Of a DNA stretch of 64,000 bases, positions 23,754 through 35,084 are shown piece by piece. The stretch's first letter is position 1, and every line of letters begins with the position of its first letter. The stretch lies in the NCBI RefSeq assembly GCF_963921235.1, contig NC_086097.1:96102001-96166000 (forward strand). Reading direction: 5' to 3'. Below the pieces are notes generated by a model. That model searched no databases. It had not been told where the DNA came from and saw only the letters and a program-made list of their open reading frames with translations. The DNA comes from Mobula hypostoma (lineage: Eukaryota). Position numbers and translations under genes: made by a program.

Positions 23754-26700
23754 ATGGTATTTAAACGGATTAATATAATAAGATGGAATGTACGTGGTTG
23801 GAATCGTCCTATTAAACGAAAAAAGGCTTTTAAAAATTATTAACCAACTCCAACCTGATATAATTTTTGCTCAAGAGACACATATCAGGGCGGGAAATCA
23901 AAACAGATTTTTTTGATGGTGGAATGGTTTGCAATTCCACTCTACTTCTCAGAGTAAAACAAAAGGTGTGTCTATTTTCATTAAACCTAACTAATTTATT
24001 CAAGAGGATATTGAATCAGATTCTAAAGGTAGATTTTTAGTTGTTAAAGGAACGATCTGTAACAGAAAAGTTGTTTTGGTTAATTTGTATGGTCCTAACT
24101 TAGATGATCCTTTTTTAAAAAGGTATTTGCTTTTCTGCCTGATTTAAATGAATATATGCTGATAATGGGCGGGGATTTTAACTGCTGCTTAAATCCTATG
24201 ATTGATAAGAGCTCAACCAATCAGCACCTTCCAAATCGATCTGCGTCATTTATTAATTCCTTTTTTATTGATTTGTGGAGTTATCTCCATTCCAATAATA
24301 GAGAATATTCTTTCTTCTCTCATGTTTATAAAAAATATTCGAGGATTGATTATATTATAATTGATTCCCGCTTCTTGCCTAGTGTTAAAACTTGCGAATA
24401 TGATGCTATTGCTATATCTGATCATGCGCCTGTATGAGCATGTCTTTTGAATTTCATGATGTCATTCTTGTCCGCCCACCTTGGCGTATGTCTCAGATGC
24501 AAAACTCTGACTTTGTCAGTTTCATTGAAACCCCGATAAAAGAATTTTTTCTTTTTAATGATATAGGGGGTATGTCTAAATTAATTATATGAGATGCATT
24601 TAAAGCATTTTTACGTGGTCAGGTTATTTCTTATTCAGCGAAACTTAAAACAGACTAAAGCAGAATTAGATAGAATTTCAAAACAAATTAAAGATTTAGA
24701 TAATATCTATTCAATCTCTCCCAATACTGATTTACTTAAACAAAGGGTGGAACTTCAATCACAATATAACCTGTTATTAACTCATCCCATTGAAGGATAT
24801 TCGCTCAAGTTAGAGAACCAATTTTATATGTTTGGAGATAAAAATTAACTGCTCGCATCTCAATTAAAAATGGCTGCAGCTAAAAGGCAAATCATGAAAA
24901 TTCGTAGGAAAGATGGTACCTTGGCTCAGGAATATGAAGAAATTAATAAGATTTTTCAAGATTTTTATGCTGAACTTTATAAATCTCAATGTCCGTTAGA
25001 TTCCTCTGAAATGAATGCTTTTTTACGAAAGATTGTTTTTCCTAAAATCTCGGCTGAGGATCAAAAAACTCTTGATGCTCAAATCACTGAAGCCGAAATT
25101 CATAAAGCTATTTTGTCAATGCAATCTGGTAAGCCCCTGGGACTTGATGGTTATCCTGTAGTTTTATTAAAAATTTGGAAAGTTGCTTTCTCCATATATG
25201 TTGGAAATGTTTAAGGATTCTTTTGTGAAAGGTGACTTACTTTTTACGAGGCTTCTATTTCTTTAATTCTTAAAAAAGATAAAGATCCCACTGACTGTGC
25301 TTCATATAGACCTATTTCATTACTGAATGTCGACACTAAGATTTTGTCAAAGGTAATGGCCAATCGTGTGGAGAATATTTGGGGTAAAATTATTTTTAAA
25401 GATCAAACAGGCTTTATAAAGGGTCGCTATTCTTTTTCAAATGTTCGGAGACTATTTAACATTATATATTCACCCTCTTTTAAAACTCCACAATGTGTTG
25501 TATCTTTGGATACTGAAAAATGGTTCGATTGAGTCAAATGGAAATATTTATTCAATGTTTTAGAGAAATTTGGCTTTGGTGCTAATTTTAATAATTGGAT
25601 TAAAATGATATATAAAACCCCTGTTGTTACTGTTGTCACTAACAATTGTAGGTCTTTTTTTCAGCTTTCACGGGGGACAAGGCAAGGCTATCCATTAAGT
25701 CCTTTGTTGTTTAATTTAATATTAGAACCCCTTGCTATTGCTCTTCGTGAGGCTAAAAATATCTATGGGATTTTTGTGAATGAGACCATGCATAAGATCT
25801 CTCTTTACGCTGGTGATTTATTGGTTTATATATCTAACCCTGACGAATCTATTCCTGCCTTGCTAAAATTATTTAATGAATTTGGAGGTCTGTCAGGATA
25901 TAAAATAAATGTTAGTAAAAGTGAATTGTTTCCTTTAAATGATTCTGTCTCTATATATGATAATACTCCTTTTAAAGTCACAGATTCTTTTAGATATTTA
26001 GGTATTATAATTACTAAAAAATATAAGGATCTTTATAAAGCCAATTTTGTTCCTTTAATAGACTCTAAGAAGTATTTATTTAGTAGATGGAGTCCACTTA
26101 CATTTTCACTTGTTGGTTGTATTCATATAGTTAAAATGATGATTTTACCATAATTTTTATATTCATTTCAGAATATTCCTGTTTTTTTGACTAAGAAGTT
26201 TTTTGATCAGACTGACTATTATTTTATCTTTTATTTGGAATAACAAAAGACCAAGAATTAGTAAATGTCACTTACAAAAATTGAAAAAGGATGGGGGTCT
26301 TGCTTTGCCTAATCTAAGAATGTATTATTGGGCTGTTAATGTGCGATACATGTGTTTTTGGTTATACTGGGTTGATAAGGCCAATTTGGGTAGACCTGGA
26401 ACTGAAAGTTGTAAAACAGTTTTATTTAACCTCGTTATTGGGAGCTGCTTTACCTATGCAATTAGCTAAAGTTGTTAATATAAATCTATATCTTGTGATT
26501 AAGTATTCTTTACAAATTTGGCTCCAGTTCCACAATTTTTTTAATCTTAAAAAATTTAAACTTTGTAGTTTAATTTATCAAAATTACTTCTTTAAGCTTT
26601 CTTTGAGTGATACAATTTTTTTACTTTGGAAAAATAAAGGTAATAATTCTTTTTTAGATTTATTTAAAGAAGATAGATTGATGTCTTTTGAACAGTTAAT

Positions 26701-27474
26701 TGATAAATATGCTCTTTCATACTCACACTTTCTGCAATACCTTCAAGTTAGACATTTTTTACAAAAATATTTAAGTAATTTTCCTTACATATTGGAGGCT
26801 GACCTGTTAGATACTATGATGAGTATGAATCCTTCGATCAAGGGTTCTATTGGAAGAATTTATAATTTATCATTACACTGGGATAAGCGTCTTTTATCTA
26901 AGATTAAACAGAATTGGGAAAAAGAACTTAATTTGACTTTTATGACGGAGGATTGGATGCGGATTTTGAAGTTGGTTAACTCTTCTTCAATTTGTGCTAG
27001 CCATTCATTGTTTCAATTTAAAATTGTACATCATTATCATTTGACGAAGGAGAGACTTTCTAAAATCTTTTCTAATGTTGATAGTCATTGTGATAGATGT
27101 AAAACTGAAATAACTACACTGACACATGTTTTTGTCTTGTTCTACATTGGAACAGTTCTGGAAGTCGGTTTTTTTAACAATTTCTAAAGCACTTAAAATT
27201 AATCTACAACCTAATAAATTAACTGTGCTTTTTGGAATAATTCCTCAAAATATTCATGGTGTCCGACCAACATGTTATTGCATTTGTTACATTGATAGCT
27301 AGGAGGGCCATTTTGTTGAAGTGGAAGGATACATCAGCTCCCACTTTGTCACAATGGTTCTCTCAAGTGATGCTATGTCTTAGTTTGGAGAAAATTAGAA
27401 GTCGGACCTTTGAACCTTTATTTGATTTTGAGAAAAGATGGGGTTCATTTGCTCGTTATTATCACTTGAGTTAA
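23754..27474 (+). pseudogene. L1 ORF2 (APE endonuclease, RT, C-terminal Cys motif), disrupted
   Basis: WNVRG, GGDFN, YSRIDY, SDHAPV, YRPISLLN, DQTGFIKGR, GTRQGYPLSPLLF, YAGDL (from YADD), GGLALPN, CDRC; many frameshifts. Confidence 0.92.
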
Positions 27475-27916
27475 TGGATATAATTTTTCCACGATCTAAT
27501 TGTAAATTTTTCAGTATATTTTCTTTTCTTGCTGACAGTTTGATGTTTATTTTTAGAAGCTTTTTGTATGACGCATGACTCCGGGGTTGTACACCTAATG
27601 GGTTTTTTTTTCTCACTTTTCTGCTTAGTAGGTTTTCTTTGTTATCACAATTTTTTTTTCAATCTTTAAGATAATGTCTTTTTTGAGACATTGTGAGTGT
27701 TGTTACTTCAATGTACTCGTTATTTTTTTTCGTATAATATAACAATAAAAAAGATTTGGAAAGAAAAGAAAGAAAACCAAGTACTAGATGGTTTAATTTG
27801 TCATTGGGAAAGGTGCTAGAATTTGTTATTAAAAGAAACAGTAGCTTGTTGTGTACAATAACAAAATATAGTCCAGCAGAGTCAACAGTTTATGAAATGG
27901 AAATGGTATCTGACAT

Positions 27917-28014
27917 TTAAGCAACACACAAAATGCTAGAGGAACTCAGCAGGCCAGGCAGCATCTATGTGAAAAAGTTCAGTCGACGTTTCGGGCCGAG
28001 ACCCTTTGGCAGGA
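27917..28014 (-). mobile_element. Penelope pLTR fragment with mutated hammerhead core
   Basis: Minus strand reads cctgccaaagggtctcggcccgaaacgtcgact (CTGACGA changed to CTGCCAA). Confidence 0.8.
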
Positions 28015-28177
28015 GGCACTTGTTTCCTGATCCAGCCAATTTACAGGAGACAAATAGAATCAGGAGTATATTGCCCCTCAGACCACTTCTCCATCAATGT
28101 GAAAATAGCATTTGGCCACATTTCCATTCTCCTGGTGAAAACCCAGAACCTTTGATTCCCTAGAATTCCAAAAACTA

Positions 28178-29690
28178 CAGGTGTCCCTGGCTTTTCGAAC
28201 GTTCGCTTTACGAAACTTCACTGTTACAAAAAAAGGCAGCACGCGCCCCGAGCAGCCGCTCTCCCCAGGAACGGCATTCTAGCCGGCATTGCTTAAACAC
28301 GTGCCTGTGAGCATCCGTTAGCAAGATGAGTTCTACAGTATCAGAAAAGCCTGAAAGAACTTGTACGGGTGTTACACTTAGCGTAAAACATAATTCAGCG
28401 TTTTGATCGTGGTGAACGAACAAGGACAAAGTGAGTTTGGCTTGTGGAAGTTGACAAAGATAATGTTGAAGAGGTTTTGGCATCCCATGACCAAGAACTG
28501 ATAGATGAAGAACTGATGCAATTGGAAGAGGAAAGGATAACAATCGAAACTGAATGCAGTAGCGAATGGACCGAAAGTGAAGTCATCCAGGAACTGAACG
28601 TGAAGCAACTGCATGAGATTTTCGCTGCAATGATAAAGTACGACTTTAATTTTGAAAGGGTACATCAGTTTAGGGCATATTTGCAAGATGGTTTGAGTGC
28701 TTATAAAGAACTGTATGATAGAAAAATGCACGAGGCTCAGCAGTCAAGCACACTGTCATTTCTCAAGCCTTCCACATCAGCCACAGCAGATGACGAACCT
28801 CGACCTTCGGCATCGAGGAGGGCAGTCATAGGAGAAGATGAGCTGCCTGCCCTAATGGAAATAGACGACGATGAGATGACACCCCAGTGTCCCACCACCC
28901 CAACCCCCAGGCTGTGGACAGATACCGATTCGCGGAGAATGCAGTGGTATCCGGGAGGCACACGGCACATCTTTAAGAAAAAAGCCAAAATAAACATGCT
29001 AATTAATTAGGTGCCGCCTGGCACGTAATTGTCGGCCCGGGCGGCACCTAATTAATTAGCTTGTTTATTTCTGCTTTTTCCTTAAAGATGTGCTGGGTGC
29101 CTCCCGGCTACCACTGTACCCCTGCATGCTTCGCGGATCAGTATCGGTCGGCGGCCTGGAAGGTGGGGGTCACTGCACCACCCCAACCTCCGATGACTCA
29201 GCCAAACACACCATCATCAGTGTGCTCTGCGTTGTCTTCCTGATTCCTGTAAGTGATACTACACTGTACATACATTATTTCTACTTTATATAGGCTGTGT
29301 ATTTTTGTGTTATTTGGTATGATTTGGCAGCTTCATAGCTTAAAGGTTACTGGAGAGAGTGTTTTTGCCAACAGCGCTTGCGTGAGATTTTCTGCTGAGA
29401 GCGCTTGCGTGAGATTTTCGCTACAGAGAACAGTGCAGGCAATGATCGTGGAAAAGTATTTCTACTTTATATAGGCTGTGTATTTATCATATCATTCCTG
29501 CTTTTACTATATGTTACTGTTATTTTTGGTTTTATGTGTTATTTGGCATGATTTGGTAGGTTATTTTTGAGTCTGCGAACGCTCACAAAATTTTCCCATA
29601 TAAATGGTAATTGCTTCTTCGCTTTACGACATTCCAGCTTACGAACCATTCCATAGGAACGCTGTACCTTCGGATGGCGGGGGAAACCAG
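28178..29690 (+). mobile_element. Internally deleted Tigger/pogo DNA transposon
   Basis: TA on both sides; imperfect TIRs caggtgtccctggcttttcgaa / ttcggatggcgggggaaaccag. An N-terminal HTH remnant (..GVTLSVK..FDRGERT/NKD) is fused to an acidic C-terminus (EVDKDNVEEVLASHDQELIDEELMQLE); no DDE domain. Confidence 0.85.
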
Positions 29691-30907
29691 TATAGCAATC
29701 TTAAGTCTCAGTAATCACTTGGAGTCAGAAGCTCTTCTTAATTTTGGTGCTTTCACTTCAAGTTATCTTGTCATTCACGAGAAAGTTTATAATGTAGATT
29801 CCTGAGAGAGCTCATTCACCAATTAGATTTTTCAACTGCTCTTATACATTTCTTGGGAATGATTTGGAAATTTAATATTGATTTGGAATTGAGGGTTTTT
29901 TATTAAATAAATTTTCATTGCTCAGTAGGATACACTAATGTAATTTCTACTCCATGTGTTAAACTAAAAGATTTGTGTGTCCAAATGTTTTACTAAAAGC
30001 TCTCAAATTTGTTGTTCAGTTGCTTTCTTGCTAGACCTCATCACTAACCAATCTGGTGGCATTTTGCATCAAACCTTATCTTCAATAAATATAATTCTAG
30101 TCCACTGAATCTTAGTTTTAAACTTTTACACCATACCCTGTCTCTACGAATACTTCAGTTCCACCAAAAGTAATTCTCTGGGTGTTCTTTATGCATTCTC
30201 CACCCCATTTTCACTTTATCAGGCCTTGAACTTCCCGTACTCTAGAATTTCCAAGATAAATATATGGTTCTCCCTCTACCTCCTCTTCCACCTGTTTGAT
30301 CAAGCCATTCTCTAAACCCAATTAAAACATTCTTCAGCTTAATTTCTCTTTATGGTAGTGATTTCCACATTCTTAGCATTTTTACATGCTGGAAGAGGAA
30401 CTATCACTCTATTGATGAAAATCTTATTGTTATCTAATTTTGATCTTAAAGGAATGATTGATTTTTTTTTAAAAATTTTCTAAATTAGGATTTTAGACAG
30501 TCTTTCAATTTTCGAAATCAACCTTCAGCTGATTTTTTTTAATATAGAGAGTAAAATTCCAACTTGTTCTATGTTCTCAAATCTGATATCAACTATGAGA
30601 ATGTTTGCACCTTTCCTTTGTTTGGAAAGGTGAGGGTGATTAACAGAGATCAGAGATTTACCAGCCTTCAGGAAAAATGATACAGGTCAAAAAAGGGTGT
30701 ATTGTGATTGGAGATGGGGTAGTGGTCTTTCAACCATGCAGATATTGGCAAGGTCGCTGTCTGTGTTTGGGGAGCATGTCTAGTAGAATTTTTGTTCAAA
30801 AAATATGAAAGCACTGTTCCATGGATCAGTTCTCACTTTCCTGTGGTTTACGGGTTACCCAAACTGGAAAACCTAACCAGTCGGCGTTAAGACTAAAGCA
30901 GTGTATA

Positions 30908-30979
30908 ATGATTGGTACTTAAATATGCAAATAAAGGGGTTTAGAAGTGCACCAAGTTTCTATTGGATCAATATTTGTA
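30908..30979. promoter_or_regulatory. CCAAT / octamer / ATCAAT-forkhead-like module, copy 1
   Basis: ATTGG, ATGCAAAT (30925-30932) and GGATCAATATTTGT; a homologue lies at 38381-38451. Confidence 0.4.
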
Positions 30980-31255
30980 GGAGTGCCATGGTAGTGTAGT
31001 GGTTACTCTGTCGCTATTGCAGTGCAGGGTGTTCCAGAGTTTGGAGTTCAGTTCCGGTGCCTTCTGTAAGAGTTTGTACGTTCTTCCTGTGAGTGTGTGT
31101 GTTTCCTCCGGGTGCTCCAGTTTCCCAAGATGTACCAGTTAGGTTAATAGGTCATTGTAAATTGTCCAATGTTTAGGCTGGGTTTAAATAGATGGGTTGC
31201 CGAGCAGTGCGGTTTGTTCAGCCAAAGGGGCCTGTTCTGCGCAATATCTCTAAAT
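30980..31255 (+). mobile_element. tRNA-derived V-SINE (HE1-like) with CR1-type 3' tail
   Basis: A box tggtagtgtagtgg, B box ggagttcagttcc, V core gtttcctccgggtgctccagtttcc, tail gggcctgttctgcgcaatatctctaaa. Confidence 0.85.
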
Positions 31256-31824
31256 ATATATAATGAAATTTAAAATACTTCAGTGAGATACATATTTAAA
31301 GAAACCTCCTTCCATCTTGTAAATGAAACTCGCCTTCCACTCTCCTTACAACCTACCCCTGAAATGGAAATGGGCATGATCAGGATTAGGTTGTGATTTG
31401 TAATTTTATTTCCTGTCCAACCTAATTCAGCTCAATTACTCTAGGTAATTAGGAAGTCTCATCAGGAACTTGTGACATAGAATCATACAAACATTTGACC
31501 TACTGTACTTATACCCAAGTGTAGAATGTGTTATTGTCAGAGGAGATTGCTGATTAAGCTCTGCTTCAATCCACTGTCACCAGGGATGGAATTGGAAGAT
31601 AGAAAGAAGGTATGTGCATGACTGCTACCTGAATTTTTAACATGCAGTTCTGTTAACAGGGATTACCAATTTAATTCTTGTGTAATACCTTGGGCCTTTT
31701 GCTTAGTTAAAAATGGTTGATAAATCCAAGTTCTACAAATCCAGTTAATTCTTTACATGATTTATAATGTTAATAATTACTTGGTCTGTCTAGGCTCTGC
31801 CATTCAGTAGCAATTTTTATTATT

Positions 31825-32016
31825 TTGCATCTCCCCCTCCCCCTCCAGCTTTCAAATCCCTCACTCACTCTTCCTTCAGTTAGTCCTGACGAAGGGTCTC
31901 GGCCTGAAACGTCAACTGTACCTCTTCCTATAGATGCTGCCTGGCCTGCTGCGTTCACCAGCAACTTTGATGTGTGTTGCTTGAATTTCCAGCATCTGCA
32001 GAATTCCTGTTGTTTA
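31825..32016 (+). mobile_element. Penelope pLTR with minimal hammerhead (31882-31917)
   Basis: agtc-CTGACGA-agg-gtctcgg-cct-GAAA-cGTC-aact; core intact, one stem I mismatch. Confidence 0.9.
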
Positions 32017-33034
32017 CAGATTAATCCTTGTTGCTCATCTTACTAAACAACAGAATGATTGGTTCCTCTCTGGGCAGCAAGGATGCGATATTGTTGCTGA
32101 GGGAGTAGCAAGGCAGTAATCAAGTGTGAGGGGAAAGACAACAGGATTCACTAGATGGAGTGGTAATTGTGCAGGTAATGGATGTGGTAAGTATGCTGGT
32201 GAGTTTGAAAGTTCTGAACGTTGCAACCATTTGCTTTGTAAATAGAAATGTTTCTGAAAACAATTCATGACATTGAGGATCCAGAGGACCAACATACATC
32301 AAAACAAGAATACTGCTAGTGTTGTAGGGCTGGAAATAGATTTGAGTTATTCATGCCTGAAATGTATGACTTGTGTTTGCTGTCTCATGATAACCCTACA
32401 ATCCACAAGATTCTTGTATTATACTGCAAATACTATCAACCAATTGCTAAAAATCTCTGAATACATCAAAGTCTGTGCCATCTCAAAGACTGGCATAGGA
32501 CAAGCATATTAGACTGAGGAATGGGGTGGCACCAACTATGGAGTATGGCGCAAGGGTTTATGGGTTTGGGAATGGTGAGGTAAAAGGGTTTGTGTATGAA
32601 CCCATAGTTTTATTGCCCATGGATAAACTCCACAATAGGGATTCTGTATTATAAGATTGATGTGAATGTGCAGTAAGAAGGTCAGAAGCTGTCAGGCCTG
32701 TCAAAGTGAATACAGGAAGTGAGGAGGAGCATCGAGGAGTTCATCTCTTGAGACCTCACAATACTGAGTGGAGCCAGCAACCCCCATACAGCAGGTCAAA
32801 CATACTTTGTTAGGGATTGGCAACATTCCAGTCTCACGGTGCCTACTAGCTCCTGTGACCACTGATTTGGACCCAGTGGCAGAGCTCCGATAAAGTTTTA
32901 CTGCTTTTCTGCAATGTTATTTTCCTGCAGTATGGAATCATGTCTTTCAGCCCAGAGTTCATGCTCCTCTTAAGGATTTTACATTAATCCCATTTTCTTC
33001 CCACATTGCTTTCAAGTCCTCGTCGATTCTACAA

Positions 33035-33230
33035 TTTATCTACACACCAGGGGCAATTTATGGTAATCGATTAACCTAACAAATTGCACATAATTTGGAT
33101 CTGGGAGGAAGCCTGTACAGTCACAGGGAGAATGAGCTAACTTCATGCAGACAGCTTCGGAAGTCAGGATTGAATCTAGGTCACTGGAGTTGAGAGGCAG
33201 TGGCTCTAACTTAGTCTGCTGTTGTGTTGC
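33035..33230 (-). mobile_element. Decayed V-SINE
   Basis: caatttatggtaatcgattaacctaac..cagtcacagggagaatg..gattgaatctaggtcactggag is the reverse of a V-SINE head and core. Confidence 0.7.
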
Positions 33231-35084
33231 CCAACCCAGGTAGAGGTATGGTCTCTGCTGCGAAAACAATCTGAAGCTCCATGAGAGCAGGAAACTTTAT
33301 ATCCTCCTCACTTTTCTGTGGACTCTCACTCAGAAGAAGATTACTGAGGTATGACAAATTTGTTAGAGCACAGGACAACAGTGAACAACACAAAGAAAGA
33401 TCTATCACTTCAACAGATGTCCTGAGTGAGTAGGACATAGCTTCCACATTTCTCCACTGTTGTGCCTTTTCATTATGAACAGACACCAGCTTAGATGGCA
33501 TAGAAAGAGCTGATTTTGTTTTTTAAAAAAATGTGAAATCCACAGGGACTATATATCAGTGAATCTGGGTCTATTATCTTGATCCACTACAGGTGCGTGT
33601 CCAATGCATTCTCAGTACCCGAGTGTCGTCTCTTGTGCAACTTCCTGAAAGCACCTTTTCATCTCCACCATGGCTTCTTGAGATGCATTCTTACCCATGA
33701 CCCACATCTATCCATCCTAGCCCACTATTTCAGTGGTTTGAGCACAGTCAGTCTATCTAGGTACCAGTTTTCAGTGGGTCGGCACTACTGGGGCATATCT
33801 TAGTAGCAATAGCCTTGGAAACATTTGACTGCATTTTCATCAGAGGGGTCAAAGTAGATGTGGTAATGCTGAGACTAGGAATAAGACTTCACTGATTTGC
33901 CTCCTGCCCTAAAGTCCCTGATCCACTCTGAGTGGCCAGCCTTAGTCATAAAGAAGCCTCCTCTCAGAGTGCTGCCTACATATCACTACTGAAATGACCT
34001 CTGTCCCCAACCCTGCAGTTTTTCTTACTGCATTAGCTCTAATGTGTGAACATGATATAATTCATATTTATTCAATGAAACTAGATATGCATCTGATTTT
34101 GAGCAAGATTATCTGTCTTAGAAATGTTCATGATGGGAATTAGTTGTGGCTGTTTGACCTTCATTTTGAACTGGATTCTGGCCACAATAGCAATGACAAT
34201 TTGACCAAAGAAAACATTGTCTTATGTGTACAAGTTGTTTAATGTGGCCTTTGTTAAATTGAACCCAATTTTATGTAAGCTTAAGTCGATGTTGCCCATA
34301 TTTTGTAAAAAGCCATGACATTTCTCCTGCAAACTTGAGAAAACTTTTAACTTGATAAAACAGTCAAAGCCCACTCTGAAAATGGGAAGGGATGAACAGA
34401 AAGAATAATTGCTAAGTTATTTTTAAGACTATTAGATTGAAAACATGCTACCTCTCAACTGGTTATGGTTGACACCAGTTCGGCTCGGAGCCAATCCAAA
34501 AATCCCTGATGTGTGTTGAGCAATAAGGCAGAACCACTATTTAGTGGTGGTTGATATTTTTTCATTGTTACTGGTTTCAGAGCAGAGAAAAGGGAGAAAT
34601 ATGTTAACCAGTGGTGGTGGGGGGAGAGTGGAGGGTATCACGCGTGATCCTTTCCTGGGCTGTAACTATTTTTCAAGTATGACATTACAACTAATCAGCT
34701 GTAAGTGTGAAAATGAAATTTCCAAGAATTGTACAATCAGCATGTCAGTGCGGGTTGTATTGAAACAACTTACTTGGTATCAGAGTGAGTTGACCTAATG
34801 AATCTCCTTGTTGAGAATCTGGTATCAATTGTGACAACTGAGGGCAAGGGTGACCAGATCATCAGAAGCTTTGGTTCTTGCATATCCAATCCCCAACTAT
34901 AACTCCTCTTTTGTCTCTCTCCACCCCACCACTAAGAAAAGTACTTGTGACCCCTGTGTGTCTCTACATTAAGATGAAAATGGTAATAACAGAGAAGAGG
35001 AACAACCTCTGGTCAGGATCGGTTGCATTAATGAGTGAATATGCATTAGTGTGAAAATTGCGGCAAAGCAATGGTTAAAATGTA

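Larger units (their letters stand above)
21991..27769 (+). mobile_element. Full-length, inactivated L1-clade LINE with 16-bp TSD
   Basis: aagaaaaccaagtact at 21975-21990 and 27770-27785; ORF1 and ORF2 remnants; AATAAA at 27744; GAAA-type tail. Confidence 0.95.

Noticed and set aside
28444..29010. 188-aa acidic ORF as a host gene
   Set aside because: It lies between Tigger TIRs, matches a transposase C-terminus, starts at GTG and lacks the DDE domain.
32035..33501. ORFs 32035..32295 and 33211..33501 as exons
   Set aside because: No recognisable protein similarity, and their lengths are within chance expectation.
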